Position numbers and translations under genes: made by a program. Shown here one piece after another: positions 44,218 to 57,022 of a DNA stretch of 64,000 bases (position 1 is the first letter of the stretch; each line of letters begins with the position of its first letter). Below the pieces are notes generated by a model. The model was not told the origin of the DNA and searched no databases. It saw only the letters and a program-made list of their open reading frames with translations. The DNA is from Octopus bimaculoides (taxonomy: Eukaryota): NCBI RefSeq assembly GCF_001194135.2, contig NC_068999.1, positions 50,991,456-51,055,455 of the forward strand. The letters run 5' to 3'.

Positions 44218-44589
44218 TTGGCACTCCGTCGCTTACGACAGCGAGGGTTCCAGTTGACCCGATCAACGGAACAGCCTGCTCGTAAAATTAACGTGCAAGT
44301 GGCTGAGCATTCCACAGACACGTGTACCCTTAACGTAGTTCTCGGGGATATTCAGCGTGACACAGTATGACAAAGCTGACCCTTTGAATTACAGGCACAA
44401 CAGAAACAGGAAGTAAGAGAAAGTTGTGGTGAAAGAGTACAGCAGGGTTCGCCACCATCCCCTGCCGGAGCCTCGTGGGGCTTTAGGTGTTTTTGCTCAA
44501 TAAACACTCACAACGCTCGGTCTGGGAATCGAAACCGCGATCCTATGACCGCGAGTCCGCTGCCCTAACCAGTGTGCCAATTCGCCTCC
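44218..44589 (-). mobile_element. SINE-C, full length, with (AAC)n 3' tail
   Basis: Colinear with 14428-14807. On the plus strand it is preceded by ttgttgttgttg, which is the (CAA)n tail on minus. The head abuts an N gap. Confidence 0.92.
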
Positions 44590-44798
44590 NNNNNNNNNNN
44601 NNNNNNNNNNNNNNNNNNNNNNNNNNNNNNNNNNNNNNNNNNNNNNNNNNNNNNNNNNNNNNNNNNNNNNNNNNNNNNNNNNNNNNNNNNNNNNNNNNNN
44701 NNNNNNNNNNNNNNNNNNNNNNNNNNNNNNNNNNNNNNNNNNNNNNNNNNNNNNNNNNNNNNNNNNNNNNNNNNNNNNNNNNNNNNNNNNNNNNNNNN

Positions 44799-44831
<33 letters not shown>

Positions 44832-45892
44832 TTACGCACAAACCCACACATATCTAGATGTGATGAATACTCATACTTGTGCACAGGAGGATAAACAAGA
44901 AAAGAAAACTGTTTTCACACGGAAATAGAGGTTCCTTGTTTTCAATCATCTATATGTATTTCTTTAAAATAAAATCTAGTTACTACGACAGCATATTATG
45001 GAAAACAGCATGAAAACAAAAGCATCGCCACGACTAAAATTGGCATCATCAGCAACAACAGCAGCAGATGCAGAAAAAAATATTAGCTTCACCTGAATAA
45101 TATTCGATTCCGATATTGACGGATTTGAAACTTACTTCAAATGAAGATATATTGTATTCTATAATGAAATTAAAAATATCTCTGACTTCGGAAACTTCTT
45201 AACCCCACACACTTCATTTTGAAGGAGGTCAACGGTAGTCTAATGCATTTCTGTTCAAGAGGGTCACTAATATGATATACTTGGCGAGTAGAGATACTTG
45301 GCGAGAAAACAATAAATAGAATGTAGCATGAAAGAATTAAAGATGTATAGGAGAAATATGTAGAAACATACTTATTGTGAAACATATCAATAGAATCTCA
45401 TCAAAGAATGAGGCGACTAGGCACAGCTGTTTTGACGCCGGTGATTGGGCTCGGCTGTCTAAATTTTAAACCTCTTTTGTCGATAGAATCACTTGGCGCT
45501 GGATTCTAACATACTCACAATCGCGGACATGTTCGCATTCGCGCGCACACACACACATACACGCACGCACACACACAAACTCACACACGCACACACACAA
45601 ACGCACACTTACACGCACATCCTTACACATACACATATTCACACACACGTTCATCGTACAGAGAAGTACACAAACGTTTGGTGCTGGATTCTAAAACACA
45701 CACGCACACGCATGCACACATACTCATACACATAGGCATACGCACAAACTCACGAACACACACATGCACATGCACATACTCACACATATGTTCACATGCA
45801 AAGAAATATACACATAAAGGTAGAAAAAGTGAAAGAGATAGGGGGAGAGAGAGAACGTGAGAATCATTAAAATGTCTTATGTCAACTAGAGG

Positions 45893-46002
45893 AGCACTCC
45901 ATCGGTTACGACGACGAGGGTCCCAGCTGATACGATCAACGGAACAGCCTGCTCGTGAAATTAACGTGCCAGTGACTGAGCAATCCACAGGCACGTGTAC
46001 CC
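45893..46002 (-). mobile_element. SINE-C 3' fragment
   Basis: gcactccatcggttacgacgacgagggtcccagctgatacgatcaacggaacagcctgctcgtgaaattaacgtg matches the SINE-C 3' end. Confidence 0.88.
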
Positions 46003-46467
46003 AATGTCAAATATGACAGCATCGAATCAGCAATGCAAAATAGGCGGGAAAAATCGGCTGTGGCCACAACGTCATTTAAGCACCTCACCAATCCCCAAAC
46101 CAAAACTCTGCAATAAATGAATAAATGAAATATGATACCGTAGTATCCCTGTACAATTTGACTGCGTACGATTTTGTTCAGAACGTATGTGCATCCAATT
46201 CAAATAATATGTTTAGCTCTAGCATCACCTCTGATTTCAAAGTATTAAGCTCACCAGTTTCCACATAATTGTTACACACTATTTATGATCTGGTTATATT
46301 CAGAGAAAGCTTACGTTAACTATCGGGTATCTGTATCATACCACGTACATCTGATATATCGTAATTGCATAGTCAATTATATTTAGTAGGTCAATAGAAA
46401 CTTCAATAAAACTTGGTCAACTTTATTCTCATACGGGCAATATAATCAGCATTAACTCTCTTCTATA

Positions 46468-46527
<60 letters not shown>

Positions 46528-46859
46528 TGTATGTATGTATGTATGTATGTATGTATCGGCATTTTTTCTTCCGCCCTCCTCCAATTCTGTTACTACCCGA
46601 AAAATGTTAAAAACCTTTTGGTAAGATTTCTATTTGTGTTAAGATTTGAATTCTCCGATTTGCGCAGACAAAACAGAGTGGTGAAGAATTTGGCTTTGCA
46701 ATTAAATGGTTTCAATTTTGGTCCCAATGTGTGCATCTACGATAAATGGCTTCTACTATATCCTCGGTTCGCTTATTGATTTCTTACTGAAATCTGTAGA
46801 GTGAAACTGTATGGAAAATTGTCATATTTATGTATTTATGTATGTATTTATGTATTTAT

Positions 46860-46879
46860 ACAGATAGCTACAAATAGAT

Positions 46880-46934
<55 letters not shown>

Positions 46935-47037
46935 AACATATTTAGATAGAAAGAGAGAGAGAGTTAGATAGATAGACAGATAGGTAGATCGATAGACAGA
47001 TAAATAGATAGATAAATAGATAGACAGACAGACAGAC

Positions 47038-47095
<58 letters not shown>

Positions 47096-47185
47096 ATAGA
47101 CAGAGAGACAAACAGATAGAGAGAGAGAGTGAGTGAGTGAGATAGATAGATAGACAGACAAACAGTTAAACAGACAGACAGACAA
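46860..47185 (+). repeat. Compound (GATA)n/(GACA)n/(GA)n microsatellite
   Basis: Seen directly. Confidence 0.93.
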
Positions 47186-50144
47186 ATAGATACATAGACA
47201 CATGAATATGGAAAGTTAGCTGTGTTGGTGAAAATATACTACATTTTAGATATGCTTTTACGTATAAGTGTACCATAAAACACATATCTACATATATACA
47301 CACATACCCATATATACACACATCCATATATACACATTGTTAAAACTATATATATATATTCTCTAAGTGACAGTCAGTAGTCACTTAAAAAAACCTAACA
47401 CAAACAAGCCAAAATATATGGACGAAACATATTGAATAGCACTTTATTATATCCAACGATAAGTTGATATCTCTTGCGGCAGAAGCGTATATTGATTATA
47501 GACATTCTATATTCAATTCAGAAATGATTTGTCTATCTGTTGTCGTATTTCTACCCTTTCTCCTTTCTATTTTTCTGTTCTCTTTTTTTTTACATTCTTA
47601 TAACAACTGCTTCTTTTCTGAATTCTCAATTCCGACGCGATTCAACGAAAACCTATGGCTTTGTATGTCACGCTGTAAAGCACTCAAAAATGTTTTACTG
47701 AATTTTAAGTAATCAGATTTATGGAAAAGTAGTTCTCCACGAGGCAAACTTTATCCGTTTTATCGTTTTCAACTACTTCATCGGCAGAGTATTTGGAAAA
47801 CAAAACATTTTACAATACCTAAATGGCTTTCCTACGCTTTAGCACACTTTTCTTTAAACATTTTCTATAACCATGTGCAATACATAATTTTTCTCATTTG
47901 AATCTTTCCTCAATTGGAACTAATTTTATTGCTGAACATGGGATACAGCACATCAGTTCTTCAAATCTTATGAAACAAGGAGAGATATTTACCATACAAA
48001 ATTTAAAATATTTTTGGCGTTGCTCCCATTTAACTATTAAACCTACATTTAAGTAATTTAGGTAATATTACAATCTTACATCTCATTTTAAAAAGTAACA
48101 GCTGTTTGCGGAATTCTCATACTAAACCTTGTCACACAGTTCGATATACATCATGGGTTTAACAGTACATTCCGCTAGTTTAAATAACTAAGAAAGGGTA
48201 TTTATTAATCCTATTATAATTAAGCTATACGTAAATTGTATCCAAATACTGTCCCACTAAAAGCTTCGTCACCGACCTACTCTAAACCGTTTATTTCATA
48301 TATCTTTCTCCAGTGTCACTCATAGGCGGACACCAGTTTACCTGGGGACTTCTGAGAATTGAAAAATAGGACGTACAATTTGACATGTTCACTAAAACTG
48401 AGATAAAGTTGTCAAACGCCTTCATGAAAAGACGGTGGTGCGAAATTATTTCATTGTTATGCACGGAAGTGCTATTTTGTCAGTTTGAGATTCAGTGACT
48501 TTGTTTATAAACTGTTTTGGTGCAATATCGTGTGGATAGCTCTGCATAGTTTTATATATATATNNNNNNNNNNNNNNNNNNNNNNNNNNNNNNNNNNNNN
48601 NNNNNNNNNNNNNNNNNNNNNNNNNNNNNNNNNNNNNNNNNNNNNNNNNNNNNNNNNNNNNNNNNNNNNNNNNNNNNNNNNNNNNNNNNNNNNATATATA
48701 TGACGCGCTTGTTACGGTTGCTGTCTATTAAATTCACTTAGAAATATTTTGTCGGCTCGTCGTTAAAATTATAGCAGAGAGGTTTTTTACAATCAACAGC
48801 TTATGTCTTATAGCATTTAACATATTTGTGTTGTCTAAGTTAAATGTATACCCATTCACACTTACACAGGTGTATATATGTATGCATGTTAGTAGGTTTT
48901 TGTTTTATGTTTCAAGCGAGTTGTATCTTGTAGTATTAGTTGGTGTAATAATAGAGTAAATTAAGCTTCCTAATAACCTGTCATACACTCAATAATCAAC
49001 ATTAGCATCTTGTATAGCATTGCTGTCATTATCACCACATTTATCTGCCGTTCCAATCAACACCTCACTGCTGACGGAAACTAATTCCCTACGATATCCC
49101 AATGGCCGTCCTACTAATTTCAAATTACTTTACTAATTATCTGTATTCCTAAATAGATTGAAACAAAAACGAAAGGCATCACTGGAGCAAAATGAGTCAA
49201 AATACACACACAAACATACAAACATATAACTATGTATGTATGTAAGTGTGTGCGTATGTGTACGTGTGTGTACGCGTGTGTATGTATACGTATATATAAA
49301 TGTATGTATATATATATATATANNNNNNNNNNNNNNNNNNNNNNNNNNNNNNNNNNNNNNNNNNNNNNNNNNNNNNNNNNNNNNNNNNNNNNNNNNNNNN
49401 NNNNNNNNNNNNNNNNNNNNNNNNNNNNNNNNNNNNNNNNNNNNNNNNNNNNNNNNNNNNNNNNNNNNNNNNNNNNNNNNNNNNNNNNNNNNNNNNNNNN
49501 NNNNNNNNNNNNNNNNNNNNNNNNNNNNNNNNNNNNNNNNNNNNNNNNNNNNNNNNNNNNNNNNNNNNNNNNNNNNNNNNNNNNNNNNNNNNNNNNNNNN
49601 NNNNNNNNNNNNNNNNNNNNNNNNNNNNNNNNNNNNNNNNNNNNNNNNNNNNNNNNNNNNNNNNNNNNNNNNNNNNNNNNNNNNNNNNNNNNNNNNNNNN
49701 NNNNNNNNNNNNNNNNNNNNNNNNNNNNNTATATATATATATATATTTATACATATTGTATATAGTATATATTATACACATACCTATCTATATATATATA
49801 TATACACACTCACATCAATATAGCTACACATTATGGATAACCTCATAGTGTGAAGTAGCTACCATAACATATGACAATAGTTGAATCAGTATCACGTAGG
49901 CTGCTGTTAAGTCAAATTATATTCGCAAATGTTGACGAAAATAACAAACATCCACGAAATTGGCCATTTTACAGGAATGCTCAATTGTACTGTCATGTTA
50001 ATCTTAAGTATCAAATCCGCGCGGGAAAGAACAGTCACAATCATATACATATCAGTATATTAGGTGAGATGAAGATATGTGTGTACGTGTGTTTGTGTGT
50101 GTGTCCGTCCGTCTGTATCTGTGTGTGTGTGTATGTATGTATAT

Positions 50145-50303
50145 GCAGGAGCGGGTGTGTGGTGAGAAGCTTGCTTCCCAACCATATGGTTCAGCTTCAG
50201 TCCCATTTTTTGTCACCTTGGTGAGGTTCCTTCTACTAGAGCCTCAGATTAGCCAAAGCCTTGTGAGTGTATTTGGTAGACGGAAACTTAAAGAAGCCAG
50301 TCG
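50145..50303 (+). mobile_element. SINE-A 5' half, diverged
   Basis: gcaggagcgggtgtgtggtgagaagcttgcttcccaaccatatgg..ttcagtccc...ccaaagccttgtgagtgtatttggtagacggaaact.aaagaagcc. Confidence 0.85.
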
Positions 50304-50443
50304 ATTATGTACATAAAGTAAAAACTATTTGCCAACATAATGTGACAGTCCTAGACGGGACGAATAATACTGTTGTTTAGCCCCAGAAAACGTGGTTTCC
50401 AGCTGGATATACGACACAATATATGCGTCTTTATATTTTCGAA

Positions 50444-50690
50444 TATATGAGGGAGTTCAGTACCCACATCCAGCACAAAGCAACATCTGTGGTGCGGTTT
50501 CTGGGTTATTGCTCTTTCTCAGCACAGAGAATTGGCTCGGCTAGACGGCGCTGCTGAAGACCCGTTTGAAAATATAAGGACGCAGATATTGTGTCGTATA
50601 GCCAGCTGGAACGACGTACGTTTCTTGGGGCTAAAGAACAGTAATATTCGTCCTATCGAGGACTGCCGCATTATGAGTAGGTATGTGTGG
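50444..50690 (+). mobile_element. Probable mariner left end and N-terminus (alternatively a 153-158 nt exon)
   Basis: TATGAGGG TIR-like start, GCTAGACGGCGCTG leader, and VRFLGLKN..RPIE...IMSR resembling mariner VIRFLWAKNxxPxEIHR...VMSR. The open frame is also bounded by ctctttctcAG and AG|GTATGT. Confidence 0.45.
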
Positions 50691-50792
50691 ATGAGCAGAA
50701 TGCACATGAGTATGTACAGATATGCATACACATATATACGTGCAAGCATATATGTACATACTCACGTGCACGCCGCTCAACCAAACATACTC

Positions 50793-50848
<56 letters not shown>

Positions 50849-52338
50849 ATATAATCAACATTCATACGGTCGAGAGTTCATGATCTACATCTCCGACTAT
50901 ATAGTCAAAATGTCTTCAACGGTTTTGGGGATGACTGTTGCTTGATACTCACCTTTGATGGATGTACCGATCTTACTTACACTACTTTACTCACCCAGCA
51001 ATAAGACAATGAATTTCAACTCATCACCCTTATTGGTCTTTGTATATTCCACAATGTGGTACGTTAAGAAAGCAGATCTTTACTGTTGTTTGATACAAGA
51101 GTATCACTATGATTAACAATGTATTAAATAGTAAATGCATCATATAAGGATAAAATGTAATGACACGCAGCATTATAATGGAACTTTCGATCTTGTACAT
51201 AAGTGAATTGACGTCTAATATTATCAGACTATTTCGCTTGCATATGCGCAGGCTTTGATGAAAACATAATTTTTTCAAGGTAACGCAGTCACGCATAACG
51301 CTAATCCACCGATTCACCTGAGCTAGTATTAGTCAAACATATGTATGCATATGTCCACAAACTTCGAAGTCGCTGCCAATTCTTTTCCTTTGGGCTTTAC
51401 GTTTAGAAAATGCTTTCTTTCCTCTCTCCTTCTCCCTCTTGCCTCTCTGCATTCTCTGTCTCAGCACACACACACACACACACATATATATGTATTTATG
51501 TATGTATTGATGTATGTATCGATGTATGTATATGTTTATGTACGTATGTATATGTATGTATATATATATTTATATATATTATATATATATATACATATAT
51601 ATATGCAATATAAATATTTATATATATATATATATATACACATATAAATATGTATGTATATACACATATATACATATATTTCGAGAGAAAGAGAGAGAAT
51701 GTAAGTGAGAGCGAGAGAGAATTATTTGATCTTGGCATTCTAGATTATGAAAATGTTTCATATATTGCGCATTGTGTCTGTATTTTTCCCTATACTCCAG
51801 TATAGTAAATTATCGACATCGCTTGGGGTGTGCTATGAATTTAGTACCCTTGATCTTGATCCGAAATTACTAATTCTCCACCTACAAAATGTGATTCATA
51901 CATCACAGGCAATTTATGTTTCGTTTGTTATTCACCAACAGTCTACAGACAGATATATGTGCGTGTGTATGTGTGTGTGTGTATATGTGTGCATGCGTGA
52001 GTGTGTGTTTGTGTGCGTGCGTGTGTCTGTATATATATGAATATATATATATACATGCATGCATTTATGATATAGGTATGTATCTATCAACAGATATATG
52101 TGCGTGCGTTTATATCTATGTATATTTGTATGTATATGATAAATCTATGTATGAATATATGCATGTATGCTTTTTTTACCGGATATATTTTGACGAATAT
52201 ATATATCAGGCTAAAATCAATTACATGAATTGATAAAAGATGGAACTTCTTTACTGTTTTTTTCAACCTATTTTGTTTGCTCTCACTCTCATACATTAAA
52301 ACATACATACATACATACATACATACATACATACGTAC

Positions 52339-52388
<50 letters not shown>

Positions 52389-55300
52389 TGAGCATTAATG
52401 AATATTTTAGAGATGGGAGAAACCTTCCACGTGCTTTCAGCAAGGTTAACCTTCCGAGCATAATGCCTATAAAGAAGTGAATAAAAGCCGAACATAAAAA
52501 TGAAATTGAACATAATCATGAAATTTCATGGCCTTTGGTGTTAACGATATACGAGGGACTATTCTTTGATTAATGTTGCGTCTTCTGTACAAATGCGAAT
52601 GCAAGACCATCCTTTCTTCACTTTTCTAAAAGGATGATGGGAGAAATATAACAAAAATGGTACACATTACCAGGAAGCTAATTATAAACATATATTTACA
52701 TCCAAAGACTTAAGAACAGCTTTAGATCCTTAGTAAACTCACTTATATTCTTCTGCAAATTAATTTAGCCTTGATATATGCATTTTTTGTGCATCAGAAT
52801 AAATCTCAGATGCAACATCATTGTAGTAAATTGGGCGAAAGTATTTTGCTAGCATGTTACCATTTAAACGATGATATAATGGTTATTCCAGTGTCTGTTT
52901 GGTTATGCAATTCAATGAAAATGAACCGAAAATTGAGGCAGTTCCTAACAGACTGCGGTGTGTTTGTGTGTGTGTCAGTGCTTGTGTGTGTTCGCATGTT
53001 TCTGCGTGTGTGTCTGTGTAAGTGTGTACGTGTCCGTATCTATAGCATATATGGATTATATACTACGCATAGGGACACACGCATTCATACAGGAATGCAC
53101 ATCCTCAAACACACATACGCATGTATATGTATATATAAATACATATACATATATGACACACACACACATGTATACTTGGAACAGACGTACACACAGATAT
53201 ATATATATATGTAATGTATTGGTATACATAAGTACTTATGTATATACATGTATATATACATACACACACACATACACACATGTACACATGCACACAAACA
53301 CGCACACACATATACATGTTTCAAGTTTTGCTTTTATGTTAAGTTCTAATAAAAACTGAAGAATTATTCAATATTTTTGCTAAGCGCGTATCGATTGTTC
53401 TTTAACAAGAAGAGTATTTACAGTGACTTCGAAGTTTCGTCCTGCAAAGCAATCCTCAAACAGTCCGGAGACATATATATCATGCGTGTAACGAGTTCGC
53501 AGGCATATGTATCACTTGGGATATATGTGTCTTACGTAATGAAATAAATATCCTTTATTATTTCGTAATTATAATTGAAAATCATGGTGAATATAGTCAG
53601 CTAGCGTTTAGCCGTAGCGTTGAAAGTAGTTGTGATCTAAGAATTTGATATACAATACATAGCGTATAGAAAATACTTACTCAACATCATGGTCCACATG
53701 CTTGGCTATTCTAGAAACAGCTGTAAGAAACTCTGTTTATAATATCTATCTAGATTAAATATTTTTTTTACGGCTGATGCCAAATGTTTTTGGTTTTTCA
53801 ATTTACATTTTTAATCTTTATTCACTTAACAACTAAATGCTCCTCTAAATCGAAAATAGTGTTGAACATTTTTGTACTTTTAATTCCTGGTTCATAATGA
53901 GTTCGTAGTCTTTTCTCAAATTAACATTGAATTTGTTTTTTATTTTATAGATTTCACATATCAAGTTATTTTTCTCTCACCCTGCTTTCTGCCGATCCAT
54001 GTAGGTTGCTTGCTCTACATATTGGAGGATGTGCAAATGAACGTTTGTTGTTCAACCCAAAACATAAGAGTAGAGTTAAATCCAGAAGAAATTCATTGTT
54101 TTCATATTGCATTTCATTTTTCCTTCTCTAACGTGTATTAAATTTTAATGTAAATCACATATTAAAGGTTAATATTTTGCCAGAAGTAGCCGTTATATAA
54201 TGTTTACTGGCATTCGCCTGTTCTAACATTCTTGTGTCTCATTAATAAATGTCATCGCTAACATGTATTTGTTCGTCGAAGAATGTAAGCTAATGTTTAT
54301 CTATTTAATTATTTTTTGTGAAGTTATGTACAAACAATAGTTGACAAACAATATTTAATGAATAAGTAAAGAAAAGATAACGCAGCGTTTGCGATTATTG
54401 GACTTAACAAAAAGCAAATTTCACACAAAAGCTATACATTACATTTATTCCATAACATAAATCAAAACGTTGCTGTATTTAATACGTATAAAATTTTTTG
54501 TCACGCATAGATATATAAACTTAAACGAAACAACACATCACACAGCTGCAATTTTCTACATAACACAGCACCCCACCACTTAACTCCATCAATGTTCTAA
54601 AACGCAAATAATTGAAGCAACGCAACAACTTAAATGCTCAAATACAGCTAAGAGCAATATTATGAAACTTCCCATTCAACTGACAATACCCATACAAGAT
54701 GTTTACAAGATTAAATCCACACTAAAAGAGAAAATGACATTGAAATTGCATTCATATTAAGCAGATCTGAAGATCAGTTTTGCATACATAGAAAATGGTT
54801 GCATGTACAGTCTAACGAACGTTCCCGAATATTTTATTATAAAACAAAACTCTGAAATAATACCTCAACATGACAGTTTCCGTACCACTACTGAAACATG
54901 CTAAAGTGCCCAGTCAACTGAGAGTTTCTACAGAGGAAACATGTTGCCCCCTCATAGACGAATGCAACGTTTTACATCCCATCCACATATCATTCTATCG
55001 ATTTATCATTCTTAAATATTTCGAGAAAATCGGAGACAAAACAGGATAAACATACACGCATATATATATATATATATATATATGCGTGTATGTTCGTATA
55101 CATACATACATGCATACGTACATACATTCATAAATACATACATAGATAAATACATACATACATATACACACATACATACATACACACATACATACACATA
55201 TACACACATACATACACACATGCATACATGCATACACACATACATACATACAAACATACAAACATACATGCATACATACATACATTCATGCATACATACA

Positions 55301-56437
55301 TACATACATACATACATACATACATACATACATACATACATGCTTACATACACACATACATAAATACGTAAATGCACAAATATACACACTTGTATTAAGA
55401 CCGAAGAGTTACAAGAAAAAAATGGATAAATCAGATACCGAAGTAAAAGCAACAACGAATAACAGCAGAAGACGTCGCTTTGTTTTGATCATAACATATT
55501 TTTCCAGGCATAAGAATTAAACTGCTAATATCGCTCACTAATTGAAATAACGATGTTTCTGTGTGATGCACGCTACTATGTTATTCCTAACTCTCGATGG
55601 ATAATTTCATTCTATTTCGATTACATTATTAATATTATTATCAGTGATAGTATTATTATTGCTGCTGTTGTTGTTGTTGTTATTATTGCTTTTGACTTCA
55701 TTTATTTCTAATTATTGTTGTTGTTGTTATCATTATGCCAGAGTTAATGTTATTAAGGTGTTACTGCCCTGTTTGTACTGCTATGCATAATCATTAAATT
55801 ATATTTACTTTGCCCGTTGAAAATGAAAAGAAATTATTTTACACTATATTATGTCCTTTTTTATTGTTTCTTCTTTGTTTTCTTTCTTTTTCGTTTGGAT
55901 TCGTCTTAATTTGTAAACATTACGCCCTAACAGCCGGCCAGTAAATTATAGTTCCTAAATATCACAAATTTTATTTTTCTATTTGTCTCTTAAATTTCAT
56001 ATTTCATTTCTATGCCTGTTCAGTTGCTGGTGATGTTGTCGTTGATGTTGTCATAGTTGTTGCTTTCCTTCGTGTCATCATTTTTGCATCAACAACAAAA
56101 GAAGCAAACAGATACTTTGATATTTGCGTGTAAATCCGAATAATACTCTGCATTGAAATCCCAGTCATGGCAGTCAGATTGCCATATCGACTGCATAAAT
56201 AAGAAGCTTCAGTGTGTGAAAATATTTTCAGATACATCTCCAATACAGATAAAAAGGCGACTATAGGCGAAACACATCATAGTTTCTTATTATTGATAGT
56301 AATATTTTAATATTATATTACATTATATTATATTATAACGTGGATAGGTCGTAAGGAAACTGGGGAAATGCTTGATGGTTCTAAGTTCAAATTCAGCCAA
56401 GGTCGGCTTTACCTGTCATCATTTCGGGATCGATATC

Positions 56438-56557
56438 GCTTACGGTCATATCACGTTGAGAGCACCGGTTCTCGTCCGATCACCGAAGTTAAGCAAGGTC
56501 GAGCCTAGTGAGTACTCAGATGGGTGACCGCTTGGGAAACCTAGGTGCTGTAAGCGT
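56438..56557 (+). rRNA. RNA5S: 5S rRNA, full-length dispersed copy (possibly a retropseudogene)
   Basis: GCTTACGGTCATATCACGTTGAGAGCACCGGTTCTCGTCCGATCACCGAAGTTAAGCAAGGTCGAGCCTAGTGAGTACTCAGATGGGTGACCGCTTGGGAAACCTAGGTGCTGTAAGC. Terminal helix GCTTAC/GTAAGC is perfect, helix arms GCCTAG/CTAGGT pair, and box A (AGTTAAGC) and box C (GATGGGTGACCG) are present. Length is ~118-120 nt. No oligo-T terminator follows. Confidence 0.95.
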
Positions 56558-56567
56558 CACACCCCCA

Positions 56568-56777
56568 GGCGTAGGAGTGGCTGTGTGGTAAGTAGTCTGC
56601 TTACGAACCACATGGTTCCGGGTTCAGTCCCACTGCGTGGCACCTTCGTCAAGTGTCTTCTACTATAGCCTCGGGCTGACCAAAGCATTGTGAGTGGATT
56701 TGGTAGACGGAAACTGAAAGCTGCCCACCGTATATATATATATATATATATATNNNNNNNNNNNNNNNNNNNNNNNN

Positions 56778-56817
<40 letters not shown>

Positions 56818-57022
56818 TCCCCTCATCCCCAACATCGCCTGACAACCGATGGTGGTGTGTTCACGTAACTTAGCGGTTCGGCAAAAGAGACCGGTAGAAT
56901 AAATAAGTACTAGGCTTACGAAGAATAAGTCCAGGGGTTGATTTGCTCGACTAAAGGCGATGCTCCAGCATGGCCACAGTCAAATGACTGAAACAAGTAA
57001 AAGAGTAAAAGTGTAAAAGAGT
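56568..57022 (+). mobile_element. SINE-A, full length, with internal (TA)n-(TG)n tract and (GTAAAAGA)n-like tail
   Basis: tRNA-like head ggcgtaggagtggctgtgtggtaag...ggttccgggttcagtccc. Body is shared with the copies at 2804, 12558, 50145 and 61862. Tail gactgaaacaagtaaaagagtaaaagtgtaaaagagt. Confidence 0.92.

Noticed and set aside
53421-53470. Hammerhead-ribozyme-like motif on minus (…ctgtttga-ggattgctttgcaggac-GAAACTTCGAAGTC) with a palindromic stem III and GUC site
   Set aside because: The core reads CTGTTTGA rather than CTGANGA, stem II pairs poorly and there is no stem I. At best a dead remnant. An Infernal/RNAmotif search on genomic copies would settle it.
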